Under the pieces are notes generated by a model that saw only the letters and a program-made list of their open reading frames with translations, ran no database searches and was not told the DNA's origin. From an uncultured Candidatus Saccharibacteria bacterium (lineage in GTDB: Bacteria > Patescibacteriota > CAZHWT01): a stretch of 64,000 bases of DNA. Positions 29,962 to 39,802 of the stretch are shown here, one piece after another. The translations under genes and the position numbers were made by a program. Positions within the stretch are counted from its first letter, which is position 1; each line of letters begins with the position of its first letter. The stretch spans positions 195 through 64,194 of the forward strand of contig CAZQWH010000004.1 in NCBI GenBank assembly GCA_964597145.1, read 5' to 3'.

Positions 29962-30074
29962 AAATTTGCTAGGTCGCAGCCAGTCTTTTAGTTCTATACG
30001 TCGGCCTGCTGATCTAATTGAATGGTGATTAAAACACTAATCCGGCACATGCCGGATTAGTGTTTACTAAACAT

Positions 30075-30977
30075 ATGAACCTATACACTCAGATTGCATC
30101 AAATAAACGAAAAAGCGTCCTACTTATCATTGGGCTAGTTGCCTTCGTTGCAGCGATCGTCGCCATATTCTCATATGCTTATGGGTACGATCCTGTTATC
30201 ATGACAGCGGTAGCTTTGGTTATAACGGGCATTTATGGATTTATTAGCTTCTATAATTCCGGAAACATGGTTATGGCATTATCTGGAGCGCGGGAGATTA
30301 AGAATAAGCAGGATGCGTATGAGCTCTTTACCTTGGTAGAGAATCTGTGTATTGGAGCAGGTTTGCCACGGCCTAAAATCTATATCATTGAAGATACGGC
30401 CCCGAATGCTTTTGCGACTGGGCGAGATCCCAAGCATGCAGCCTTATGCTTCACAACCGGAATCTTAGCCAAGCTGGATCGCGCCGAATTAGAGGGGGTG
30501 GTGGCTCACGAGCTATCACATGTCAAGAACTATGATATTCGCTTCATCTCATTAGTCGTGGTTCTTGTGGGTGTGGTTGCACTGATATCGGACTTGATTT
30601 TACGGATGACAATTTGGGGTGGGATAGGTCGGGACCGAGAGAATCGGGGTGGGGGAAATGTTATATTACTAGTAATTGGTTTAGCCTTGGCAATACTGGC
30701 CCCAATTATTGCGACCATTATTCAATTTGCCGTCTCGAGACAGAGAGAGTTTCTAGCTGATGCCTCGGCGGCGTACTTAACTCGCAATCCTGAAGGTTTA
30801 GCCAGGGCTTTAGAAATTATCAGAGATGACCCTGAGCCATTAGAGGCAGCTAATAATGCCACCGCGAGTTTGTACATTGCAAATCCACTTAAAGGCAAGG
30901 CCAGTCATTGGTTTGGTACGTTATTTAACACCCATCCACCTATTAAAGAGCGCGTGGCTCGGTTACGAGCAATGTAG
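30075..30977 (+). CDS. htpX: M48 zinc metalloprotease HtpX
   Basis: PNAFATG, HELSH, SRQREFLADA, THPP. Confidence 0.94.
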   Translation: MNLYTQIASNKRKSVLLIIGLVAFVAAIVAIFSYAYGYDPVIMTAVALVITGIYGFISFYNSGNMVMALSGAREIKNKQDAYELFTLVENLCIGAGLPRPKIYIIEDTAPNAFATGRDPKHAALCFTTGILAKLDRAELEGVVAHELSHVKNYDIRFISLVVVLVGVVALISDLILRMTIWGGIGRDRENRGGGNVILLVIGLALAILAPIIATIIQFAVSRQREFLADASAAYLTRNPEGLARALEIIRDDPEPLEAANNATASLYIANPLKGKASHWFGTLFNTHPPIKERVARLRAM

Positions 30978-30983
30978 AAATTA

Positions 30984-31001
30984 ATTATATTTAAATATAA
31001 T
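30984..31001. promoter_or_regulatory. Palindrome ATTATATTTAAATATAAT (candidate parS or operator, copy 2)
   Basis: Same 16-bp core; abuts the gatC ATG. Confidence 0.5.
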
Positions 31002-31301
31002 ATGGATAAATTAACCCGTAAAGAAGTTGAACATATTGCTGGACTAGCTAACATACAGCTAACCGAGGAAGAAGTGGGGCTGTTTCAAGAGCAGTTAACT
31101 AGTGTAATTGAATACAATATCAAGTTATTGTCTGAGGTTGACGTCCGCAATGTATCGCCGACAGCCCAAACGACTGGATTGCAGAATGTATGGCGCGTCG
31201 ACGAAGTCCAATCAAGTTTAAGCCAGGATTCGGCCTTAAGCCAGTCTCCAGCGCACGAACAGGGCCAATTTAAAGTAAAACGGGTTATGGGGGAGTCTTA
31301 A
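31002..31301 (+). CDS. gatC: Asp/Glu-tRNA amidotransferase subunit C
   Basis: EVEHIAGLA, NVWRVDE, FKVKRV; upstream of gatA. Confidence 0.92.
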   Translation: MDKLTRKEVEHIAGLANIQLTEEEVGLFQEQLTSVIEYNIKLLSEVDVRNVSPTAQTTGLQNVWRVDEVQSSLSQDSALSQSPAHEQGQFKVKRVMGES

Positions 31302-31303
31302 TA

Positions 31304-32797
31304 ATGGCACGTAGCTCACTTACGCTCCCAACCACTATTCGCCAAGCTGCTCAAGAACTTCGCCAGCATAAATACACGGCGACTGCCCTCACTAAGGCAT
31401 ACCTTGATCACATTGCCCAGGTCGAGCCCGAGGTGCATGCTTTACTGACGGTCACCAGCGAGATAGCACTAGAGCAAGCCAAGATAGCCGATGATCGACT
31501 ACAGGACGGTGATAAGTCGCCACTGCTTGGTATTCCATTGGTGCATAAGGATAATTTCTGCACCCAAGGCGTTGCCACAACTGCTGGTTCGCGTATGTTA
31601 GAAAATTATCAAGCTCAATATAACGCAACTGTAGTTGAAAAATTACACCAAGCCGGGGCAATCATGCTCGGCAAGGCCAATCTAGATGCCTTCGCTCACG
31701 GCTCTTCCACCGAAAATAGCGACTTTGGTCCATCATACAATCCGTGGGATATCAACTATGTACCAGGGGGCTCTAGTGGTGGCTCAGCAGCCGCGGTTGC
31801 AGCTGGCGAATGTTTAATCTCTACTGGCTCGGACACGGGTGGTTCAATTCGGTTACCAGCCTCATTTACCAATACGGTTGGACTAAAGCCAACGTATGGC
31901 CGCGTATCTCGATATGGGGTGATAGCTATGGGGTCTTCGTTTGATTCAATTGGCTGCTTTACCCGCACCGTGGAAGATTGCGCGCTTGTATTACAGGCAA
32001 TGGCCGGCTTAGATGCTACAGATGCCACCACCTCGCCGACTGCGGTCCCAAATTATCTGGCCAACCTTGATCAACCTCTAAAGGGTGTAACCCTGGGGAT
32101 TGTGGAAGAGTTCTTTGGCGACGGGATAGAAAGAGAGGTGCGTCAAGTGATAGAAGAGGCTATGGATGCCTACCGGTCACTCGGAGTTACCTTTAAGCCA
32201 GTTCAATTACCTCACGCTAGGTATGCGCTTGCAGCCTATTATATCTTAGTTCCATCGGAGCTGAGTTCAAACCTGTCGCGCTTCGACGGTATTCGCTACG
32301 GTTTTTCTGACCAATCTGGTCAAACAGTCCAAGATACGTATCGACTATCTCGAGCCGAAGGATTTGGAGCGGAGGCCAAGCGACGAATCATGTTAGGTAC
32401 TTATGCCTTATCAGCTGGGTATTACGATGCGTACTACAAACGGGCTCAGCAAGTACGAACTTTAGTCAAACAGGATTTTGAGGCTGTTTTTACTCAGGTA
32501 GATGGCTTACTAGCTCCGGTTGCTCCAACCCTACCATTTAAGGTTGGAGCGAGAGCCAATGACGTGCTGGCGATGTACTTGACCGATATTTTAACTGCAC
32601 CTGTAAATTTAGCCGGAATTCCTAGCTTGGCCATACCGGCCGGGTTTGCTCAAGGGCTACCGATTGGCATGCAGTTAATTGGACCTAACTTTAGTGAAAG
32701 TAAGCTGTTTAACTGGGGTCATCAATATCAGCAACAAACCAACTGGCATCACCAGCTCTCGTCTATGCAAACCACTCGGGAAAGGAAGCAAACATAA
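31304..32797 (+). CDS. gatA: Asp/Glu-tRNA amidotransferase subunit A
   Basis: PGGSSGGSAA, GSDTGGSIR, KPTYGRVSR, KRRIMLG. Confidence 0.98.
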   Translation: MARSSLTLPTTIRQAAQELRQHKYTATALTKAYLDHIAQVEPEVHALLTVTSEIALEQAKIADDRLQDGDKSPLLGIPLVHKDNFCTQGVATTAGSRMLENYQAQYNATVVEKLHQAGAIMLGKANLDAFAHGSSTENSDFGPSYNPWDINYVPGGSSGGSAAAVAAGECLISTGSDTGGSIRLPASFTNTVGLKPTYGRVSRYGVIAMGSSFDSIGCFTRTVEDCALVLQAMAGLDATDATTSPTAVPNYLANLDQPLKGVTLGIVEEFFGDGIEREVRQVIEEAMDAYRSLGVTFKPVQLPHARYALAAYYILVPSELSSNLSRFDGIRYGFSDQSGQTVQDTYRLSRAEGFGAEAKRRIMLGTYALSAGYYDAYYKRAQQVRTLVKQDFEAVFTQVDGLLAPVAPTLPFKVGARANDVLAMYLTDILTAPVNLAGIPSLAIPAGFAQGLPIGMQLIGPNFSESKLFNWGHQYQQQTNWHHQLSSMQTTRERKQT

Positions 32798-32798
32798 A

Positions 32799-33257
32799 AT
32801 GGATTTTGGACCTCTATTGCTCGCGGTTATGGTGATTATCGGTATTGCTATGTGGTTGGCCGTACGGAGAAAATCAGCTCAAAACTATAAGTCCACCCGT
32901 CGATCCTCGCATACATATGCCAGCCTCTCTACACAGCAGTTCCACCAGCACTGGCAACGGATTGAGGATATGATGAACGTGCCCGGCCTAGAGCAAACCA
33001 AAGCCGCTATTTTTGAAGCCGATAAATTACTTGATACCGCTTTGCGCCAGAGTGGCTTTAGGGGTGAAACTATGGGCGAGCGCCTAAAAAATGCCCGTCA
33101 ACATTTTGGCAACAATGCCGTCTACCAAGGCCTATGGGAAGCGCATAAGATGCGTAATGCCTTGGCCCATGAAGTTGGTTTTGATGTACCTAAAATGGTC
33201 GGAAAACAGCATCTGGAACAATTTAAAGCCGGTTTACACTATTTACGGGTGCTCTAA
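32799..33257 (+). CDS. Membrane-anchored hypothetical protein with a HEPN-like RNxxxH motif
   Basis: N-terminal TM; EADKLLD, GETMGERLK, HKMRNALAHE. Confidence 0.75.
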   Translation: MDFGPLLLAVMVIIGIAMWLAVRRKSAQNYKSTRRSSHTYASLSTQQFHQHWQRIEDMMNVPGLEQTKAAIFEADKLLDTALRQSGFRGETMGERLKNARQHFGNNAVYQGLWEAHKMRNALAHEVGFDVPKMVGKQHLEQFKAGLHYLRVL

Positions 33258-33278
33258 GACGATTAAGATCAGAAATTT

Positions 33279-34763
33279 ATGAAATACGATGTAGTTATTG
33301 GCATAGAAACACATATTCAGCTAAACACCCAATCAAAAATGTTTTGCGGGTGTTCTACCGATAGTTGGCGGGCTGAACCCAATACTCGGGTTTGTCCCGT
33401 CTGTCTAGGCTTACCCGGTGCGCTACCTCTAGCTAATAAATCAGCTCTGGATAAAGCGATGCTAGTTGGCGCAGCGTTGGGTGCAACCATCGCTGACTAT
33501 TGTAAATTCGACCGTAAAAACTACTTTTATCCCGATTTAGCTAAAGGCTACCAAATTTCCCAGTATGACCAACCACTCAATAGTGGCGGTTCGGTTGTGG
33601 TTGATGGTACATCAATTGGATTAATCCGAGCTCACCTCGAAGAGGATGTTGGCAAACTAACTCACGAGAATAGCTATAGCCTAGTGGACTTTAATAAAGG
33701 TGGTATACCTCTCTTAGAGATTGTCTCCGAACCAACAATTCGCTCGGCTAGCCAGGCTAAGGCCTATGTCCAGGCATTACGTCAGATTGTGCGCTATATT
33801 GGAGTTAACGACGGCAACTTAGAGCGTGGAGTAATGCGGGCCGATGTGAATATATCTCTTCAGGAGCCAGGCAAATGGCAGTACCAAGATGGCCAGTTCG
33901 TTGTAGCGGATAACTATACCTTAAATAATCGAACCGAAATTAAAAACCTCAATTCATTCCGTAGTATTGAGCGGGCCATAGTCTATGAAATAAGCCGTCA
34001 AGCCAAATTGTTAGAGACAGGCAAGCCTATCGCGCAGGAAACCCGAGGTTGGGATGATGCGAAAGGGGTTACCACCTCGCAACGAACCAAAGAAGAGGCC
34101 CATGACTATCGATATTTCCCCGAGCCCGATTTGCCGCCACTAGCTATAAGCAAGCAGTGGCAGAACGAAATCCGTCACCAACTTCCCGAGCTGCCAGCTA
34201 GCAAACAGCAACGATTTATGGCTGAATATGGATTATCCGAATACGATACTCGTCTACTAGTTGAAGAACGCGGTGTGGCTGAATGGTATGAGGAGGCAGT
34301 CGCTGTTTATTTGAGCAATGCCGGCCAAGCGGCCAACAATCACAAGTTAGCCAAGGCGGTCGCGAATTGGGTGCTTGGCGAAATTGCTCGATTGCAAAAT
34401 GAAAATCAGAACTATGTTTATCAGTCAAAGCTAAGACCCACCCAGCTTGCTGAAGTATTGGAACTAGTCGACAAGGGAAAGTTGTCCGGGGCGAGCGCCA
34501 AAGAGCTGGTAACAGCGCTTTATACGACTGAAGCTAAAGTCGACCAAGTAGTAGCCAATCGTGGGCTAGAGCAAGTTAGTGGCAGTAGTGATTTGGAGCC
34601 TATTGCTCGAAAAGTAATTGCCGATAATCCTGATGCGGTTGGAAAAGTTCGAGCTGGTAAAACCGCCACAATCCAGTTTCTAGTTGGCCAAGTCATGCGT
34701 GAAACTCGTGGACGCGCTAATCCCACTACAGTGTCAGAGCTATTGCAGCAGCTGCTCAAATAA
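33279..34763 (+). CDS. gatB: Asp/Glu-tRNA amidotransferase subunit B
   Basis: IGIETH, RKNYFYPD, HLEED, DYRYFPEPD, VGQVM. Confidence 0.98.
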   Translation: MKYDVVIGIETHIQLNTQSKMFCGCSTDSWRAEPNTRVCPVCLGLPGALPLANKSALDKAMLVGAALGATIADYCKFDRKNYFYPDLAKGYQISQYDQPLNSGGSVVVDGTSIGLIRAHLEEDVGKLTHENSYSLVDFNKGGIPLLEIVSEPTIRSASQAKAYVQALRQIVRYIGVNDGNLERGVMRADVNISLQEPGKWQYQDGQFVVADNYTLNNRTEIKNLNSFRSIERAIVYEISRQAKLLETGKPIAQETRGWDDAKGVTTSQRTKEEAHDYRYFPEPDLPPLAISKQWQNEIRHQLPELPASKQQRFMAEYGLSEYDTRLLVEERGVAEWYEEAVAVYLSNAGQAANNHKLAKAVANWVLGEIARLQNENQNYVYQSKLRPTQLAEVLELVDKGKLSGASAKELVTALYTTEAKVDQVVANRGLEQVSGSSDLEPIARKVIADNPDAVGKVRAGKTATIQFLVGQVMRETRGRANPTTVSELLQQLLK

Positions 34764-34808
34764 TATGAGTAGCCCTCAACAGCAATAACTGTCGAGGGTC
34801 AATGATTA

Positions 34809-35489
34809 CTAGATAGGAAATTGTACAGCTGGAGTGCCCGGGACAATCTGGGCGCTCCCTTCATCACGAATGATCGAAAATTCCAGCCAATCCAGCGATT
34901 GGCTACGTACCTCTCTCCAGACAATCGAGGCCACCGCTGACGGATCGAGGTAAGCGGAGGTATCTACTCCTGTGTTATCCCAGAATGGCGTTTGCATCCC
35001 TCCAGGGTGGACCAGAGTTGATTTTGATCCCGGCAAAACTCGCCGAAGCTCCTGGTGGAGGTTTCGGGCTAGCTGTGCCTGTCCCGCCTTGGCCGCACCA
35101 TAGGTAGTCTCATTACTCCTCACCTTAGCCGACGTGGTCGAGGTAATAGTGATGAGGTGACATGGTGCCTGCCTTGATTGGAGTAATTGGGATAGGAAGT
35201 GCAGTGGTCCGGTTATCACGGTATCAACCACCGCATTGATACTCGCGGACTCTTGCTCAGCCAAATCTCCTTGGTATCCAACCCCCGCGGTCAAGAATAG
35301 ATATTCCATATCAGCCAGATGGGGAATAAGCGCATCAGTTTCTGTCTCCAGCGTATCCAGGCGGCTTAAATCAAGACCAGGAGAGGTGTGGCGCGATATC
35401 GGTAGCACTTCCGGTATTTCCTTTTGCGCTATCTCGGCTATCGCCGCTCCAAGACCTTTTGATCCACCAATAATGACGACTCGTGCCAT
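34809..35489 (-). CDS. Short-chain dehydrogenase/reductase
   Basis: GGSKGLG, YGAAK, HPGGMQT. Confidence 0.9.
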   Translation of the reverse strand: MARVVIIGGSKGLGAAIAEIAQKEIPEVLPISRHTSPGLDLSRLDTLETETDALIPHLADMEYLFLTAGVGYQGDLAEQESASINAVVDTVITGPLHFLSQLLQSRQAPCHLITITSTTSAKVRSNETTYGAAKAGQAQLARNLHQELRRVLPGSKSTLVHPGGMQTPFWDNTGVDTSAYLDPSAVASIVWREVRSQSLDWLEFSIIRDEGSAQIVPGTPAVQFPI

Positions 35490-35579
35490 GTTTTCCTACC
35501 TTTGTCTATCTATGAACCCTAGTTGGCTCACGCTCATCAAATAGTAGCAGGTACCATTTTTAGTGTAAAGCCTAGAGTA

Positions 35580-35730
35580 GACGTGGCCGAATTGTACCTA
35601 TTCCTGAGATAGAGTACACAATTTTAACGGTCTCGCAGTAATTATTCTGGTTGACCAAGTTGACTCTCCTCGCCTATGATGCATAAGCAACGTCGCTGCC
35701 CCGATTCACTTTTTTGACGGGCAGTTTTTT
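35580..35730 (+). ncRNA. Candidate structured RNA (6S-like rod or dnaE leader) with terminator
   Basis: End-to-end imperfect complementarity over 35580-35694, then a CTGCCC/GGGCAG stem and T6. Confidence 0.45.
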
Positions 35731-35765
35731 AGTTGAATATAAGTAGCGACAGAAGAGATGTATAT

Positions 35766-38700
35766 ATGGCCAGCAAATTTGCACACCTTCATGTTCATAG
35801 TGAGTTTTCCTTACTTGATGGTTTGGGTAAAATCCCCGATTTAGTCGCCCGAGCCAAAGAGCTAGGCTTTGAGTCATTAGCGCTCACCGACCATGGCAAT
35901 ATGTATGGAGCTCTAGAATTTTATAAAGAATGTAATAAAGCCGGAATTAAGCCGATTATTGGGTGCGAAGTGTATGTCGCCAGCCGATCTCGTCACGATA
36001 AAGAAGCTCGCTTCGACCAAGAACGCAACCACCTCATATTACTAGCCGAGAATTACACCGGTTATCAGAATCTATTGCAATTGGTTACCAAAGCCAACCT
36101 AGAGGGCTACTATTACAAGCCGCGTGTCGACTGGGAGATCTTACAGTTGCACCATGAAGGAATAATTTGCCTGTCAGCCTGTCTAGGTGGACAGATCCAG
36201 CAGGCCATTATGCAAGATGATCTCAAGCGAGCCCGAGAGGTGACGGAGTTCTACATCAACTGTTTCGGCCGTGACAATTTCTTTATGGAGATCCAAAACC
36301 ATGATTTGGAAGATGAAAAGAAGGTTAACCCAGTTTTAATTCAATTTGCTCAAGAATATGACATTCCTCTAGTTCTAACCAACGATGTTCACTACGTGCG
36401 CAAGGAAGATGTTGACGCCCAGGATGTCCTCGTAGCTATCCAAACCGGCAAAACGGTCGACGATCCTACTCGCTTCTCCATGCGGGATATGCCAACGCTA
36501 TACATGAAATCCACCGAAGAGATGGCAGAACTCTTTCCCGATCATCCCCAAGCGATGGCCAATACCCTTAAGATTGCCGAGCGATGTAATGTCGAGTTTA
36601 AACTAGGTGGCGACTGGATTTGGCCCTACTTTCCTGTTCCAGAAGGGGAAACAGTCGATACTCATCTTCAGAAACTAACCTATGATGGCATGAAGTGGCG
36701 CTATGGTATTGATGGAGCGACGAGTCCCGATCAATTACCAGAAGATCAAAAGGTCATTCGCGCTCGTGTTGACTACGAACTAGATGTTATCGCTAAAAAG
36801 GGCTACTCGGCGTACTTCTTGATTGTGTCCGACTTTACCGTTTGGGCAAAAAACCAGGGAATAGCCGTTGGACCAGGCCGAGGCTCAGCTGCTGGTTCCA
36901 TTGTATCTTATTGTATGAATATTACCGGCATTGATCCAATCTATTTTGATCTGCCGTTTGAGCGATTCCTTAACCCATTCCGACCCTCGCCTCCAGATAT
37001 CGACATGGACTTTGAAGACGCCCGTCGAGATGAAGTCTTAAAGTATGTTACCGATAAGTATGGGGTAGATAAAGTTGCCCAAATTATTACCTTTGGCCGG
37101 ATGGAATCTCGAGCCGCCATTCGAGATGTAGGTCGGGCATTGGGCTTTCCTTACGCCGACCCCGATCGAATCGCCAAGTTAATACCTCAAGGCACCAAGA
37201 TCCAAAAAGCTCTAGATACAGTTCATGAATTGCGCGAGCTCTACAAGACTAACCCCTCCTATAAACGTTTAATTGATTTTGCACTCAAAATTGAAGGTTT
37301 AGTTCGACACTCATCCGTCCACGCCGCTGGTGTAGTAATTGCTCCCCGTCCCATGACCGAGTTTACCCCATTGCAACGAGAAGCCCGGGGCGAGAGAATT
37401 ACCACTCAATATGATATGCATGGAGTTGAAGAGCTAGGTTTATTGAAGATGGATTTCTTAGGTTTGCGTAACTTGGCCATTATTTCTAATGCAGTTAAGA
37501 ACGTGAAGCAAGTCCGCAGCGAAGAGGTCGACTTAGAGCACGTACCAATCGATAATGTGCCTGCCTATAAGATGCTAGCTTCCGGAGAAACCACAGGTAT
37601 CTTCCAGCTGGAATCAGCTGGTATGCGCAAATATATTAAAGAGTTAAAGCCAACCAATATTTTTGACGTTGCGGCTATGGTAGCCTTATATCGACCCGGT
37701 CCTATGAACTTTATTCCCCAATACATCGAGCGCAAACGCGACCCATCTAAGATCGTTTACTTGGATCCGCGCATGGATCAGATTTTGGATAAGTCTATGG
37801 GTCTAATTGTCTATCAGGATGACGTATTGGCTTTGGCTATTCAGCTGGCCGGCTACGACTGGGGTGAAGTCGACAAGTTTAGGAAAGCCATTGGCAAAAA
37901 GATTGTTGCTGAAATGGCGGCTCAGAAAGAAAAGTTTTTTACCCAAATTATAGAACGGGGCATGGATCAGCAAGTCGTCCAAGAATTGTGGGATCAAATT
38001 GAAACGTTCGCTGGATACGGATTCAACAAGGCTCACGCAGCCTCGTATGGCTATGTGGCGTATCTTACCGCCTACCTAAAGGCTAATTATCCTGCTGAGT
38101 TTATGTGCGCGGTGCTTACCGCCGAATCTGGTGATGCCGAAAAAGTCGCCCAGGCAATAGTAGAGTGTGAGCGAATTAATATTAAAGTACTACCACCCAG
38201 TATTAATTACTCCGGTCGTTCGTTTAAAGTTGAAAATGGCAATGTTCGGTTTGGCCTCGTTGGTATTAAAAATGTTGGCGACGGTCCTATTGCGGCCATA
38301 GAATCAGCCCGAGCCGAAGGTGGCTCATTTACCAATCTGGATGATTTTGTGGCGCGCACTCGAGGTGGACTCAACAAGCGAGCCATGGAATCTTTAATTA
38401 AGGCTGGAGCCTTGGATGAATTCGGTCCACGGCAAGCCCTATTAACGATATTGGATGCGGTAATAGAAAAGCATGGGCGTAATCGGGGCAACGAAAATCA
38501 AACTGGCCTATTCGACATGCTCGACGAGCCCCAAGCAGCCATTATGGCCACGCCATTTCCCGAGGTTGAAGAGGCGTCACTCATGGAACGAGCCGCCTGG
38601 GAGAAAGAATTAATGGGCCTATACATTACCGCTAATCCGCTTAAAAAGATTGGTCAAGACTTAGACGGCAAAGTGACTCACACCCTCCAAGCCATTACCG

Positions 38701-39266
38701 AAGATACCGTTGGCCTCAAGGTGACGGTTGGTGGCATGATCACGGCCATGCGTAAAATATTTACCAAAGCCAACAACAGCGAAATGGCCTTTGTTACTAT
38801 TTCAGATGGAACGGCCGACCAAGAGGTCATTGTCTTCCCTAAAACGTACGAATCCTGTCGCAACAGTTTAGCAGACGAGCAAGTCATCATAGTTTCGGGC
38901 CGAGTTGATAACAAAGATGATCGAGGAATAAAAGTATTAGCCGAAACGGTCATTCTAGCCGACGATGCTCAAATTGATAGTTATACCACCCAAGCCTACG
39001 AAGCACCACAAGTTGCCTCAGTGATTCAAGATAGCCAGGGAGAATTAGTAATCACCGTGCCGCGTAGCGGACAAACAGCAGCCTTGCAGCAACTGAAAAA
39101 GTTGATCGTGTCCCATCCTGGCGATGTGGCCATCACCCTAATTTTACCTAACGGGCCAAGTGGACCCAGAACTATGAAATTGCCAATGCGGGTTAATGCG
39201 TCGCCCGACTTTAAGCAGCAGATCACCTCTCTATTTAGTGGGGTAGTAGAGCCCACCTACCATTAA
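35766..39266 (+). CDS. dnaE: DNA polymerase III alpha subunit
   Basis: HLHVHSEFSLLDG, GRGSAAGS, PDIDMDF, GYGFNKAH, C-terminal OB fold. Confidence 0.98.
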   Translation: MASKFAHLHVHSEFSLLDGLGKIPDLVARAKELGFESLALTDHGNMYGALEFYKECNKAGIKPIIGCEVYVASRSRHDKEARFDQERNHLILLAENYTGYQNLLQLVTKANLEGYYYKPRVDWEILQLHHEGIICLSACLGGQIQQAIMQDDLKRAREVTEFYINCFGRDNFFMEIQNHDLEDEKKVNPVLIQFAQEYDIPLVLTNDVHYVRKEDVDAQDVLVAIQTGKTVDDPTRFSMRDMPTLYMKSTEEMAELFPDHPQAMANTLKIAERCNVEFKLGGDWIWPYFPVPEGETVDTHLQKLTYDGMKWRYGIDGATSPDQLPEDQKVIRARVDYELDVIAKKGYSAYFLIVSDFTVWAKNQGIAVGPGRGSAAGSIVSYCMNITGIDPIYFDLPFERFLNPFRPSPPDIDMDFEDARRDEVLKYVTDKYGVDKVAQIITFGRMESRAAIRDVGRALGFPYADPDRIAKLIPQGTKIQKALDTVHELRELYKTNPSYKRLIDFALKIEGLVRHSSVHAAGVVIAPRPMTEFTPLQREARGERITTQYDMHGVEELGLLKMDFLGLRNLAIISNAVKNVKQVRSEEVDLEHVPIDNVPAYKMLASGETTGIFQLESAGMRKYIKELKPTNIFDVAAMVALYRPGPMNFIPQYIERKRDPSKIVYLDPRMDQILDKSMGLIVYQDDVLALAIQLAGYDWGEVDKFRKAIGKKIVAEMAAQKEKFFTQIIERGMDQQVVQELWDQIETFAGYGFNKAHAASYGYVAYLTAYLKANYPAEFMCAVLTAESGDAEKVAQAIVECERINIKVLPPSINYSGRSFKVENGNVRFGLVGIKNVGDGPIAAIESARAEGGSFTNLDDFVARTRGGLNKRAMESLIKAGALDEFGPRQALLTILDAVIEKHGRNRGNENQTGLFDMLDEPQAAIMATPFPEVEEASLMERAAWEKELMGLYITANPLKKIGQDLDGKVTHTLQAITEDTVGLKVTVGGMITAMRKIFTKANNSEMAFVTISDGTADQEVIVFPKTYESCRNSLADEQVIIVSGRVDNKDDRGIKVLAETVILADDAQIDSYTTQAYEAPQVASVIQDSQGELVITVPRSGQTAALQQLKKLIVSHPGDVAITLILPNGPSGPRTMKLPMRVNASPDFKQQITSLFSGVVEPTYH

Positions 39267-39802
39267 AAGCTTGCCCAACCTCACCCCAAATCAATGGTGT
39301 AATCGACAGGCTAGCCGTAACTAATCGTAATACTCGGCAACGCAGTTGGTGCAGTTGGAGTTCTTATCCCCAGATTGCCTTGGTAAAGTTCCATTAGCAG
39401 CTTAGGGCTCTAGGTTTTAATACAAGTCTGCATAGCCAACATGGCAACATGTATAAGGAACTTGTCAAGAATTGAAGGACTAGTTATCCATACAGCACTC
39501 TGTGTAGCCATTACTACAGTGCTGTACACATCTGTATGTAACGACACAATCAGGTCCAGCGCGGGGGCCAACTTCACAATCTCAGGTATAAAGCTAAAAG
39601 TTGGGCCGTTTGGGATGACAAAAATGTTAACCAGGTTTTAACCAGCTAATAGACGCGAACTCGTTTTAAGACAGGTCAGTATGGTACGAGCATGCATCTT
39701 ATCTCTCCAGTATTGCAACACTGTAACTAACTATGGTATACTCCTGTGGTTGTATTTACGACTCGATGTAAAACCGAGTCATCCCCTAGGAATTTTATAC
39801 GT

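Noticed and set aside
35766-39266. Intein or intron in dnaE
   Set aside because: The length (about 1166 aa) and motif order are normal, with no splicing motifs.
39549-39610. SRP RNA suggested by TCAGGTCC
   Set aside because: It lacks the GGAA tetraloop and AGCAG of the conserved SRP helix.
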